From Eledone cirrhosa (lineage: Eukaryota): 64,000 nucleotides of DNA. Below are positions 1 to 13,560 of this stretch, one piece after another. Within the stretch, counting starts at the first letter, position 1. Every line of letters begins with the position of its first letter. The stretch lies in assembly GCA_964016885.1 (NCBI GenBank), contig OZ024747.1:42036001-42100000 (forward strand), read 5' to 3'. Made by a program: the position numbers and the translations under genes. The notes under the pieces are model-generated. The model was not told the origin of the DNA. It searched no databases and saw nothing but the letters and a program-made list of their open reading frames with translations.

Positions 1-48
1 TATATATATGTGTGTGTGTGTGCTTATATATGTATATGTGTGTGTGTG

Positions 49-110
<62 letters not shown>

Positions 111-231
111 ATCAGCCAAATTCTTGTCAACCTTCTCTCTTTTCTTATTTAGCAATTTTGTACATAACATGACATTTATATATGTATATAGCATATATAT
201 TTATACACACACACAAACATGCATATGTATA

Positions 232-286
<55 letters not shown>

Positions 287-311
287 TCACACACATATAT
301 ATATACACACT

Positions 312-370
<59 letters not shown>

Positions 371-391
371 GTATATATATATACACACACT

Positions 392-442
<51 letters not shown>

Positions 443-540
443 TCACACACACACATATATATATATATATATGTACACACTCACACACATATATATATAT
501 ATGTATATATATATACACACTCACACATATATATATATAT
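1..540. repeat. Compound (TA)n/(CA)n microsatellite
   Basis: Pure dinucleotide runs with duplicated ACACACTCAC blocks; source of the spurious IYIY ORFs. Confidence 0.95.
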
Positions 541-742
541 TTAAAACATACAAACAAAACAGCAGAACAAAAACAAAAAGAACTGAAATAAATTTTTAAG
601 AAATACAGAAAATAAAGAAATCGTTAAAAAAGACATAATTCTGTCCCTGCTAATTTTGACCACTGGGAAGATGTCGATACTAGTTTTCATTAGCTTTCAG
701 CCTTTTTATTATTACTATTATTATTATTATTATTATTATTAT

Positions 743-960
743 GGCAGTGGATTGGCAGAATCTGTAGAGCATCGGAGACTATGCTTTGTGGCTTACTTAA
801 GTCCCTTTATGATCTGAGTTCAAATCCTGCCGAGGTTAACTTTGCTTTTCATCCTTACGGGGTCGATAAAATAAAGCACCAGTAATGCACTGGGGTCGAT
901 TTAATCGACTTTCCCTTCCCCAAAAATTGCTGGCCTTGTGCCTATAGTAGAAACAATTAT
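743..960 (+). mobile_element. tRNA-headed SINE, family B (Nin-domain-like core), full copy
   Basis: A-box-like TGGCAGAATC and B-box GAGTTCAAATCC, core CTTTGCTTTTCATCCTTACGGGGTCGATAAAATAAAG, ends AGAAACAATTAT. More than 12 related copies in the window. Confidence 0.85.
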
Positions 961-1334
961 AATAAACTTTTTTTTTTTTCACTTGAGATATCTAATCAGG
1001 AAATAGTGGTAATTTTTGTACATGTTAAAAGTGAGGGTAAACAAAATATATGAACAACAAAAAATAAGCTCTAAATTCAATTAAATTTTGTTTAGCATGT
1101 GGTGTGTGTGTTTCTGTGTGTGAGACAGACTATAGTTTATATATAAGTATATGTGTATGTATGTGTGTGCATATATATATATGCATACACATACACACAA
1201 TAGTTACTTAAATGGTTTATATGTTGATATCATATACACGTGTGTGTATATGTAGTTAACACATGTTTATTATAGTGTATTGCATATATCCGTCAAAAAT
1301 GGTTTAAATGTGTGTATTTTATGTACAAATAGTT

Positions 1335-1369
<35 letters not shown>

Positions 1370-1682
1370 TGTAAATTTGATCTAAACTTTAAAAAAGTTG
1401 TTTTTTTTTAAAATTAAATTAACAAAGAAATCTTCATTAGTAATTCAAATTAAGTCTACAAAAAATATTATACTGACTTATAATTATTTTATTAAAACCA
1501 ATGGAATATTTTTATCACTTTAACACCCCCTACCTCCCCAGCTACCCATGCTAACTGTGTATGTAGAGAGAACAGATAATGCAACCCAACTGATTGAAGA
1601 GATATGTTTCCTGGTATTAGTTAATTTCTATAATAAATTTGAACTGAAGTTTTGTCTGGTTAAAGAACAGCAACAAAACTAT

Positions 1683-2015
1683 TTCATCTTACAACATTCT
1701 CACCCTATCTCACTAGCAATGACTCTCTTTCTTCTTATAACGCTTTCACCCTATCCCACAAACAAGGACTCTCATCTAACAACACTGTCACCTTATCCCA
1801 CAAACAATTAGTGTCTTTCATCTAACGATACTATCAGCTTATCCCACCAGCAGCAATTCTTTCATCTAACAACACTGTCACCCTATCCTACTAGCAATAA
1901 CACTCATCTTACAATACTGTCACCCTATCCCACAAGCAATGACACTCATCTAACAATACTATGCCACTATCAACAACTCTTTCATCTAACAATACTATCA
2001 CCCTGTTCCACTAGC
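1683..2015. repeat. Degenerate ~44-bp minisatellite, about 8 units
   Basis: Recurring TCATCTAACAA(C/T)ACT(G/A)TCACCCTATCCCAC(A/T)AGCAAT. Confidence 0.8.
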
Positions 2016-2042
2016 GTTTTCTACTTGTAAATATTAATTCAT

Positions 2043-2392
2043 AGGCAGTGAATTGGCTTAGAATATCATTAGAATATCGGATAGAATACTTTGTAGTATT
2101 CATTTCGGCTTTCTTTCTCCGAGTTCAAATCCCACCAAGGTCAACATTGCATTTCATCCATACAAGGTTGATAAAAAATGTACCAGTCAAGTACTGGGGT
2201 CAATTCTTCCTCTATATTTCTTTCTCACTTTCATTATCTCTCTCTTTCTCTGTCCTTCTCTGGAAGAAATCTGCTGTATTCAGGCCAGGAGAGGAGATAG
2301 ACTCTGCCAACTTTAAAAAATGCCCTAGAAACGCCGTATGTCAAGATAGCGCCCCTACAACTCCTCAGGAGTTATGGGTCCATACATACATA
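2043..2392 (+). mobile_element. SINE family B, long-tail variant
   Basis: Same head and core as 743-960, then a CT-rich linker and a ~130-bp tail ending GGGTCCATACATA. The tail recurs at 5470-5595 (+) and 42260-42400 (-). Confidence 0.7.
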
Positions 2393-2992
2393 TTAATTCA
2401 CTTGAAGAAATGGATGAGATTTGAGTAGAAAATATAAAAATGAGGCTATATTGGATACATTGGAATGAATTTATTTATATTGTTGACATGTAATCTTAAA
2501 AGTGATTTTAGATATCATCTCCAAACTGAATACAGTATTAATGTTTTATTCTTTGAACCCTCTCCCCACCTCCCTAATATATTTATTTCTATGTATACCT
2601 GTGTGTGTATGTATGTATATATGTCTGTATATGTGTGTGTGTGTGTGTGCTTTTATCTTTTCTTTTGTGCTTATACAATCACATGCCCTGCCCCCCACTT
2701 CCTCTTTTGTTCCATGCTTGATAGACAAGAAATGCAACTCCCTTAAAATGATATCTTGTATTTCGTATGGTTTCATAATACTTTAAGATTTAGAAGGAAG
2801 AAAAAGTTCCAACTATTTTTATTCAATGTTTCCTGAGTAGTCTCTTAATATTTGCTTCATTACTAATGAAATCTCAATACTGATTTGTTAGATACAATTC
2901 ATGGCAGCATGACTAATTTCTTGTTAAGTATCAGGGTGAACCATTCCATATAGATCTATTAATCCCACCCACTCCTCATCTTTCTACTCATT

Positions 2993-4805
2993 TCTAGACC
3001 TCAAATTCTACATCATTACTACACTAAACACTCCCCTCCTCTCTAGACCTCAAATTCTACATCATTACTACACTAAACACTCCCCTCCTCTCTAGACCTC
3101 AAATTCTACATCATTACTACACTAAACACTCCCCTCCTCTCTAGACCTCAAATTCTACATCATTACTACACTAAACACTCCCCTCCTCTCTAGACCTCAA
3201 ATTCTACATCATTACTACACTAAACACTCCCCTCCTCTCTAGACCTCAAATTCTACACCATTACTACACTAAACACTCCCCTCCTCTCTAGACCTCAAAT
3301 TCTACATCATTACTACACTAAACACTCCCCTCCTCTCTAGACCTCAAATTCTACATCATTACTACACTAAACACTCCCCTCCTCTCTAGACCTCAAATTC
3401 TACACCATTACTACACTAAACACTCCCCTCCTCTCTAGACCTCAAATATCACACCATTACTACACTAAACACGCCCCCTCCTCTCTAGACCTCAAATATC
3501 ACACCATTACTACACTAAACACTCCCCTCCTCTCTAGACCTCAAATATCACACCATTACTACACTAAACACTCCCCTCCTCTCTAGACCTCAAATATCAC
3601 ACCATTACTACACTAAACACTCCCCTCCTCTCTAGACCTCAAATATCACACCATTACTACACTAAACACTCCCCTCCTCTCTAGACCTCAAATATCACAC
3701 CATTACTACACTAAACACTCCCCTCCTCTCTAGACCTCAAATATCACACCATTACTACACTAAACACTCCCCTCCTCTCTAGACCTCAAATATCACACCA
3801 TTACTACACTAAACACTCCCCTCCTCTCTAGACCTCAAATATCACACCATTACTACACTAAACACGCCCCCTCCTCTCTAGACCTCAAATTCTACACCAT
3901 TACTACACTAAACACTCCCCTCCTCTCTAGACCTCAAATATCACACCATTACTACACTAAACACGCCCCCTCCTCTCTAGACCTCAAATATCACACCATT
4001 ACTACACTAAACACTCCCCCTCCTCTCTAGACCTCAAATATCACACCATTACTACACTAAACACTCCCCTCCTCTCTAGACCTCAAATATCACACCATTA
4101 CTACACTAAACACTCCCCCTCCTCTCTAGACCTCAAATATCACACCATTACTACACTAAACACGCCCCCTCCTCTCTAGACCTCAAATATCACACCATTA
4201 CTACACTAAACACTCCCCCTCCTCTCTAGACCTCAAATATCACACCATTACTACACTAAACACTCCCCTCCTCTATAGACCTCAAATATCACACCATTAC
4301 TACACTAAACACTCCCCCTCCTCTCTAGACCTCAAATATCACACCATTACTACACTAAACACTCCCCTCCTCTCTAGACCTCAAATTTCACACTATTACT
4401 ACACTAAACACTCCCCTCCTCTATAGACCTCAAATATCACACCATTACTACACTAAACACTCCCCTCCTCTCTAGACCTCAAATATCACACCATTACTAC
4501 ACTAAACACTCCCCTCCTCTATAGACCTCAAATATCACACCATTACTACACTAAACACTCCCCTCCTCTCTAGACCTCAAATTTCACACTATTACTACAC
4601 TAAACACTCCCCCTCCTCTCTAGACCTCAAATATCACACCATTACTACACTAAACACTCCCCTCCTCTCTAGACCTCAAATATCACACCATTACTACACT
4701 AAACACTCCCCTCCTCTCTAGACCTCAAATATCACACCATTACTACACTAAACACTCCCCTCCTCTCTAGACCTCAAATTTCACACTATTACTACACTAA
4801 ACACT
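2993..4805. repeat. 49-bp minisatellite, about 37 units
   Basis: Unit TCTAGACCTCAAAT(TCTA/ATCA)CA(T/C)CATTACTACACTAAACACTCCCCTCCTC, head-to-tail with no spacers. Confidence 0.97.
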
Positions 4806-5349
4806 AGCAAGTTAGAAGAATTAACTTTCATCATGTCACAATATACAACTTGTACACACACAAAGAAATAGATGACACATTTAATGTTTCACTGAAAGGG
4901 AAATGTGTGATATAAAATGAAGGGCCAAGGATATATTTTTATATATTTTGTCGTTAACTTTATTATTATATAACTCAGTTACAATATTTTATTGGTCCTT
5001 TCAAATTTTAAAATTGTGTTTATATAGTTAAAATTATTAAAAGTCATTTAGATTAAGATTATTTAGTACAACATCACTTTATCAGTATCAGGAAAATACA
5101 AAGCAACATTATAACTGTAACATTAAAAACTAAAGCCTGTACTTTAGTTTACTGCAAATTTTCAGAAACATCAATGAAGTGGTAAATATAGTTGCTATAA
5201 ACATTTGAGTTAACAAATCTGTTTTTTTTTAAAATATTTTCTGCTGAATCATTACAGGAAGTTAAGAGTTAATTATTATGAAGTCAAGATGATAGAAAAC
5301 TGTAGAAAAACAATGTGTATATTTGCTGTAATTTAGTTTCTTTGACTCA

Positions 5350-5595
5350 TTAACTTTCCCTTTCATCCAGTTAAGGTTGATAAAAAAGTACCAGCCTAGT
5401 ACTGGGGTTGATTTGTCCTCTATATCTCTTTCTCACTTCCTTTCTTTCACTCTTTATCCTTGTCTGGAGGAAATCTGTTGTAATCAGACCTGGAGAGGAG
5501 ATGGGCTCTGCCAGGTTTTAAAATGCTCTAGAAACGCTGTCTGTCAATATGGCACTCCTACGACTCCTTCAGGAGTTACGGGTCCATACATAGAT
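5350..5595 (+). mobile_element. SINE family B long-tail variant, 5' eroded
   Basis: Core TTAACTTTCCCTTTCATCC...AAGTACCAG plus a tail matching 2265-2392. Confidence 0.65.
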
Positions 5596-7681
5596 TACAC
5601 ATCTATTATTTGGTTTAACTACAAACTAATTTAATTATATTTTCAGAAAAAGAACAAGCAATGCTATAACATGAAAATCTTTAAAGATATGTTTCTTCCT
5701 ATTCCCATATCAAATAACAGATATTATTTACCATTCCCTTCACTTCTCTAGCAACAATTGATACATAATTGTTGAAATAGTTCAGAATGTAGAACATTTT
5801 ATTGAATTATTTTTTAACTCAATAATTTTATAGTTTTTGTAAAAAGAAAGAAAAGAAAAAGAAAAATACATGAAAGAAGACAAGTTATTCTAATTCTTAG
5901 CCATTTCAGAAACATGTGGCCTGTTTGGAGGTTTATACCAAAACTGAAACCCCTACTCTTGCAGTCATAAATACTTGGTTATGTAAATTGTTGGACATTT
6001 TTCAAATCTTGAAAAATAGAAAAAAGCAAGCCCTGCAAGAATATATGAAGTACTTTCCAACAGTTTTAGAGAAACCCATGAATAAACAGTTCCTATGTTC
6101 AAGTTGTTGGTTATTCAATGAAATTAGGAAACTAAAGTTTGGACAACGAATGTTAGAGATTTACAAGTAAATAGTTCTTTATTTCTTTCTTATTCCTTTC
6201 ATCCTGTTAACTTCAATTTACCTGTCTGAGTTAACAAGATTTTCTGATTTTGTTATATGGTTTGAATGTCTGTGGTATATACTTTCAATTTTTACTTTAT
6301 TTTACATTTAATATTTAAAAGAAAATGAAGAAGAATCTGCCCACATTTTTGCAATTTGTTGTAAATTATGTTTAATGAGAAAGAAATGAGAATGTTTCTG
6401 TTATAAGAATATATAAATTGAATCTGAAATAGTAAACTACAATCTAAATACATATATGTACATACATCTTAATATATATAATATTTCTCTGATGATAGTA
6501 TCTCCCACTGATGACTACTATAGAGCAGTTGATAAACTGTTGACAAGCAACACAGGCATGTTGGTTATAATTCCTTCGTGAAGCCTGTTCACTTCATCCT
6601 ATATTATTAATCCCCTTGGAAAAATGCATAAACATCACCAACTCTTATTCTTCTCCTCTCTAACTAAAAAATCAATAATTTATATTTGATAAACATTAAT
6701 TAGGATGTTAATTAATAATAGTTTTGTTAGATATTTTTAAGTTCTTAAAATTATAGTTTTCATTTGCCATGTGATTCCAATTCTACAGATTGTTTTCTAA
6801 TGTTGAGTGACTTAGTTAATAGGAAGTAGCCTTGTCATATTTGGCTGTTGTCATCAAATAATTGATTGTTGTTATTGCATAGTTGAATATTGCCATGATA
6901 TTGTTCATTATTGCTATCATGTCTGGCTGGCTGTTGTCATCAAATATTTTCTTGTTGCTATCGTTATAGTTGATTATTGCTGTGGTATAGTTGCTAGTTG
7001 TTATTGTATAGTTGCTATCATATAGTTGCTAGTTGCTATTGTATAGTTGCTAGTTGCTATCATATAGTTGCTAATTGCTATTGTATATTGTTTGCATGTT
7101 ACTATGTTACTATCTTATATTTTGTTACTGACATCTTATTGTTATTTATTTGTTTAAGAAATTTAGGTGTCTCCTAAAAATACTTTACTGGCATCCTTAT
7201 TTTGCTATAATTTACTCAATGTTGTGTTGAGTCCTGTTGAATGGTTGCCACATTGATGGAGATAGATTTGGAGAACAGTTGATACCCATAGCATATACTA
7301 AGACATTTTGTCTTTTGTGTTTCTGTTGTAACCCACTTTCTCTCTGCAAGAGATTTGTCAATTGAAGGTCATTTGAGCTCAGCACTGCATGCAAATGAAA
7401 CACTAGTGGGGTATACAGTGAAGGCTACTTTTCTTTTCATGGGACATATTTGAACCTGGTGGAATGGAACAGTTGGTAGGATCATGTAAAACAACTGCTG
7501 TAAAATTTAGACAGAGTAATTCTGTGTGTGTGTGTGAGAGAGAGAGAGAAGGGGAAATGAATGAAACAGTTGTAAAATAAAAAAAACACGCATACACATA
7601 CTCACATACACTTAGCATGGATGTTTCGATATTATATTATGCTGGTATATTATCTTGCTCATCTTTTTTTATTTTTATCAA

Positions 7682-8502
7682 TGAGTTCAAATCCTGCCGA
7701 GGTTAACTTTGCCTTTCATCTTCACGGAGTCGATAAAATAAAGTACCAGTAATGCACTGGTGTAATTGCTGGCCTTGTGCCAAAAGTAGAAACAATTATC
7801 ATTGTGTGTGTCAAGGACAGTAGATTGGTAGAGTGTCAGACGCCATGCTTCGTGACATAGTTACGTCCCTTTACGTTCTGAATTCAAATCCTGCCCTGGT
7901 TAGCTTTGCCTTTCCTCCTTACAGGGTTGATAGAATAAAGTACCAGTAATGCATTGGGGTCGATTTAATCGACTTTCCCCTCCCCCAAAATTGTTGGCAG
8001 TGTGCCTAAATCAGAAACCATTGTCGTATGTGTCAGTGGTCATGTGGAATGGTAAACATGCTCCAATGTTTAGGTAACAGTTTCTCTGACATAGGCTGGT
8101 GGATTGGCTGAATTGGTAGAGCATCAGACAAATGCTTAGCAGTATTTGTTCTGGCTCTTTATGTTCGGAGTTCAAATCCCAGCATGGTCAACTTTGCCTT
8201 TCATTCATTTAGGGTCAATAAAAGGAGGTACCAGTGAAGTAGTGGTACATCCTTCTGAGTGACGTACTGAATAAATGCATCCATAATAATGGTTTCTGAT
8301 TTAGGGATGAGGCCAACGATTTTGGGTGAGAGGAAAGTCGATTAAATCGACCCCAGTGTATTACTGGTACTTTATTTTATCGACCCTGTTAGGATGAAAG
8401 GCAAAGCTAACCTCGGTGGGATTTGAACTCAGAACATAAAAGGGCTGTAACTATATGCCACAAACAATGTTGTCCAATGCTCTACCGATTACTGCCAATC
8501 CA
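7682..8502. mobile_element. Cluster of four family-B SINE copies (three +, one - at ~8285-8502)
   Basis: Repeated GTTCAAATCC...TTTGCCTTTCATC...AAGTACCAGT motifs, with the reverse complement at 8330-8435. Confidence 0.8.
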
Positions 8503-8979
8503 TAATAATGCAATATAATGTGCGTAGATGTAGGCTTGGCTGTGTGGTTATCATTGTTTCACAATGGTGGGGGTCCACAGTTTGATTCCACTCTATGGCT
8601 TCATGCACAAATGTCTTTTACCATAACTTCAAGTTCACCCAAGCCTTATAAGTAAAATTAGCTAGATGGAAACTCACCAAATAGTCTACCTTTAACTCAA
8701 TGATTTAGCCATACCAAATACTGCGACATGTTGACACTACATACATCTAAGAATTATGTTAAGGGTATGGTATATATGTCTATGGAATACTCAGCCACTT
8801 ACATGATCATTCAATGAGCAGGTAGATCTAACAACTGAAATACTCATTGTCAAAACCAGATACCCATTAATAAAAAAGTGTGTGTTTATATATGTTAGAA
8901 TTAATAGCAAGGCTTTTATACAAAAACTATATTAAATGATATATGTTTAGAAACTGCAAAACAATAGTATTATATAAAT

Positions 8980-9179
8980 ATATGATATATATGTGTGTGT
9001 ACATGTGTGAATATGTATATACATATATATATGTATGTATATATATATATGTATGTATCTATGTATATATATGTATATATGTATGTATATATATATATAT
9101 GTATATATGTATATATATATATGTATATATGTATGTATATATATGTATATATGTATGTATATATATGTATATATGTATG

Positions 9180-9211
<32 letters not shown>

Positions 9212-9294
9212 TATATATGTATATATGTATATATATATATATGTATGTATATATATGTATATATGTATATATATATATATGTATGTATATATGT
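8980..9294. repeat. (TA)n/(TATG)n microsatellite
   Basis: Direct inspection. Confidence 0.95.
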
Positions 9295-9950
9295 ATCATC
9301 ATCATCACCGTTTTACGTCCGTTCTTCCACGCTAGCATGGGTTAGACGGGTTGTCCTGTTGTGGGCAGTGTCTGGTCGGCTGACCATGCCTTGCTCATAC
9401 AGGAACTGATCTGGCTTGATTTCTACAGCTGGATGCCCTTCCTAACACCAACCTCATTTACAGTGAGTGCTGGGTGCTTTTTCGTGGCGCCTACACGTCC
9501 ACTTTACAGTGTGGGCTGGGTGCTTTTTTGCCGTGGCACCTCCACGACCACTTTGCGGTGGGGGGGGGGGGGGCATATTGTTTATATGCTTCAGCATGTA
9601 CCCATGGGAGGTCGGGTACCCTGTATTACTGCGTGACGCCAGAAGTCACGGTCGTGTGTCATTGACTTTGAGAGGTGTAGTTGGGTAAGGTCGGCTTTTA
9701 TCACCTCATCCCAAGTCATCTTGGGTCTCCCCACTCCGCGGTTTCCATCAACTTCTAGTGCTCTGCACCTTTTTATGCAGCTGTCATCCTTCATACGCAT
9801 CACATGTCCATACCAGCGTAACCGCCTCTCCTGCACGCAGCATTTGATTCCTCTTATGCTCAGTCTCTCTCTCAATTCCTTTATGCTTTGTCGTTCACGT
9901 ATATTACTGTTACACATCCATCGGAGCATGCAGGCTTCGTTTCTCTCTAA
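9295..9950 (-). mobile_element. RTE-clade LINE family 1, 5'-truncated 3' fragment
   Basis: Encodes [11 protein letters not shown]...GRPKMTW...DRDFWR (RTE C-terminus), then 3' UTR and (TGA)n tail. Near-identical to 59270-59927. Confidence 0.92.
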
Positions 9951-9957
9951 ATGTATG

Positions 9958-9988
<31 letters not shown>

Positions 9989-9989
9989 G

Positions 9990-10051
<62 letters not shown>

Positions 10052-10109
10052 TGTATATATGTATGTATATATATGTATATATGTATATATATATATATAT
10101 GTATATATG

Positions 10110-10141
<32 letters not shown>

Positions 10142-10163
10142 TATATATATGTATATATGTATG

Positions 10164-10194
<31 letters not shown>

Positions 10195-10237
10195 GTATAT
10201 ATATATGTATATATATATATATATGTATATATATATG

Positions 10238-10269
<32 letters not shown>

Positions 10270-10529
10270 TATATATATATGTATGTATATGTATATATGT
10301 ATGTATGTATATATATATATGTATGTATATATATATATGTATGTATATATATATATATATATGTATGTATATATATATATATATGTATGTATATATATAT
10401 ATATATGTATGTATGTATATATATATATATGTATGTATATATATATGTATGTATATATATATATATATGTATGTATATATATATGTATGTATATATATAT
10501 ATATGTATGTATATATATATATATGTATG

Positions 10530-10578
<49 letters not shown>

Positions 10579-10830
10579 CGGCTCTGTCCTTACATTGAGC
10601 TAACCTCATACTGCCTGCTGGATAAGTGGAGTGTTATACACCCCTGATCCTTTCCCTAGCATACTATGTATGTATATATGTATGTATATATGTATATATG
10701 TATGTATATATGTATGTATATATGTATATATGTATGTATATATGTATATATATATATATGTATGTATATATGTATGTATGTATATATATATATACATGTA
10801 TGTTTATATATATTGTATATATATATATTT
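9951..10830. repeat. (TA)n/(TATG)n microsatellite with a ~90-bp unique island at 10577-10666
   Basis: Direct inspection. Confidence 0.9.
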
Positions 10831-10920
10831 TGCATCCATCTTCCATGCAAGCATGGTTGAAACAGATGATATATAATTTCAAATTATTTTTTTAGTCTTT
10901 GCTTGGCATTATTTATATGA

Positions 10921-11112
10921 GGGCGGTGGATTGGCAGTTTCGGTCGAGGGTCGGACGCCATGCTTTGACGCATTGATTTACGGCCCTTTCCATTCTGAGT
11001 TCAAATCCCGCTGAGGTTAACTTTGCCTTTCATCCTTACGAGGTTGATAAAATAAAGTACCAGTGATGCACTGGGTAATTGCTGGCCTTGTGCCAAAAGT
11101 AGAAACAATTAT
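10921..11112 (+). mobile_element. SINE family B copy
   Basis: GGCGGTGGATTGGCAG head, GAGTTCAAATCC B box, same core and AGAAACAATTAT end. Confidence 0.85.
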
Positions 11113-11879
11113 TTATAAGTTTGTATATATCCAAATACATTGTAACTGTGTTTGTTCAGCCTCTTACTGTGTGAGAGAGCGAGAGAGAGAGAGAGAGAGA
11201 GAGAGATCCAGTAGTGTGTCTGATTCAATGCTATATGTATGTATGTGTGATCCAGTACTGCTTGTGTGTAAGAAAGAGATATACTGGGTGTGAGTATGTG
11301 TGAGGGAGAAATACAATATTGTGTGTTTGTGAGGGAGTGAGATTCAGTCCTGTGTGTAGGACTATTCATCTTCTTAGCTGAAATTATTCACTAATGATAA
11401 ATTGGGCAGTCATTACAGTGTTTGATATAATACCTTGCAGTGTTTGTTCCAGATCTCTGTGCTCTGAGTTCAAATTTCACTGAAGTCAAGTTCACCTTTC
11501 ATCCCTTCCAGTACAGAGCTTGATTCTTTCTTCACCTTCTCTCTCTCTCTCTCTATCTCAAGACTTGAAGAGGGATGGGCTCCACTAAGTTTAAAATACC
11601 TCAGATGTTACAATGGTACCTTTACTGTTATGGACTGAGGGCCTAAGGAAGGATAATTTTGAAATTATACTCCAACAAGGGCCACCTGTGCTTTTCATTT
11701 CCTCAAAATCGATAGAATAAGTACTGGGGATCAATTTAATCAGCTCATTCTATTGCTTAGCTATTTGTGAATTTCTGCCGATGTTAAAATGAAGAAATTA
11801 TGATGATGAGGATGATGATGATAATAACTATGATAAAGTTGATACCCAGCACTGGCATAAGGCCTCATATGATTCTTTT

Positions 11880-12495
11880 TATTATTATATGTATTTATTT
11901 GTACAGTGATAATCTTAACATTGGATCATTTAATTGACTCCCTATCAAGTTATGTAACCTCAGACAGTACTTTCCATAGGATAATTGCTGTTCTCAAAAA
12001 TGTTGTTTTTTTCAACGTCGTAATGACTGATTCCAATTCTATCAAGGCTTTTCTGGAAGTGTTCTGTCACTGGCCCAAGTGCTCCAACCACAATTATTAT
12101 TATTGTTTTCCTTCAATATCTGTATATCTACATACTTCCCACCAGGCCTCAACCAGAGGCCTGGGGTGGGTGATGGTTTGTTGTGACACATTTTTCCAGC
12201 TTCATAGATAACTGATTGTCACAAAATATATAAGGGATAAAGTGCACCCTTTTCTCTATTATATAACATGGTTTGCCCTCCCAACATTATATTGACAATG
12301 TTCTTTGTAAAATGTGGCCAGTACTAGTAAGTACGATTTTTATAAATTTCATTTATACAAGATTAACCTGGTATGTGATCCAAGAGTTTGTCAGTTCCCT
12401 TGTTTATCAGGCCCAGTGCTCCAACTACCACTGGAATAGTGATGGCCTTCATACCCCACATTTTTTCAATCTCTATTTCAAGATTCTTGTATGTT
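11880..12495 (-). mobile_element. Two degenerate R4/Dong-like non-LTR 3' fragments
   Basis: Minus strand reads YKNLEIEIEKMWGMKAITIPVVVGALG...STGHILQRTLSI*, with a second IIVVGALGPVTEHFQKSL. These are typical RLE-element C-termini. The larger fragment ends in (AAT)n near 12092-12104. Confidence 0.7.
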
Positions 12496-13285
12496 GAGGT
12501 CTTTTCAAATATCTGGAAAGACGCATTGCAATCAATGTTTTTATCTTTATTATATCTGGTCTAATTTTGGTATAAGTTCATCAATTTCGGGAAAGGGGTA
12601 AGTTGATTATATCAGCCCCAGTACATGACTAGTACTTCATGTTATTGATACCAAAAGGTTGAAAGACAAAGTTGATCTCAATGGGATTTGAATTCAGAAC
12701 ATAAAGAACTAAAACCAAATATTGCAATATTCTGGGTATTTGTTTTCTACCACCCCTACGCCACTCTAATATGATATCATCATTCATTAATCATAATTCA
12801 TTATTGAAGTAAAGGGATAGAAACAGCAGTGTTCTGAATGTAAGGTCTTACACAGTCTTTAGTTTCATATCTACAAATCATGTTTGGGGATCATCTTTGT
12901 ACTCCAGCTCAGAACAATAAAACAAGTACCAGTCATGCACTGGGGGGTAGGGGGGATTCATTAACTATATGTTTCTTCCTTACAAAACCTGTGTGTTTTA
13001 CCAAAGTAGGAAATGAATATATAATCATCGATTATTCCTTATGTCGTTAATGTTTGGGATTTTAATTTATAGAGAAGAAATGAGAAGTCCTAATATTCAT
13101 GCTCTTCCCATGATTTAGAGAACTTCACTTTTGTGGTGTTTAGAATGGTACCTTAATGTAACTTTGAATCCTATCACTGTTGACAAATTAAACGTTCTAT
13201 AAGAAAATAAGTGTTTTGTATGCATGTTTGTGTGAAGGGAGTAATTTTATTCCCCTATATATACTTCTTGTAAGATTCCCCATGG

Positions 13286-13560
13286 CCTTGTGTGCAGCTC
13301 AAGACAGTCTTGTGCACAGCTCAAGATTGTCTTGTACACAGCTCAAACAGTCTTGTGTACAGCTCAAGATGGTCTTGTATATAGCTCAAGACGGTCTTGT
13401 GCACAGCTCAAGACAGTCCTATGCACAGCTCAAGATAGTTTTGTGCACAGCTCAAGACAGTCATGTGTACAGCTCAAGACAGTCTTGTGCACAGCTCAAG
13501 ATAGTCCTATGCACAGCTCAAGATGGTTTTGTGCACAGCTCAAGATGGTATTGTGCTCAA
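13286..13560. repeat. 22-bp minisatellite, about 12 units, internally palindromic
   Basis: Consensus ACAGCTCAAGACAGTCTTGTGC. Confidence 0.92.

Noticed and set aside
124-599. Long IYIY/MYVC ORFs here and throughout 9-11, 16 and 46-63 kb
   Set aside because: Translations of TA/TACA microsatellites that lack stop codons in several frames; no coding signal.
2993-4805. CRISPR-like appearance of the 49-bp array (also the 25-bp array at 44879-45971 and the 22-bp array at 13286-13560)
   Set aside because: Head-to-tail units with no unique spacers, no cas genes, eukaryotic context.
5916-6170. 84-aa ORF as a possible exon
   Set aside because: No recognisable motif or splice-phase partners; AT-rich chance ORF.
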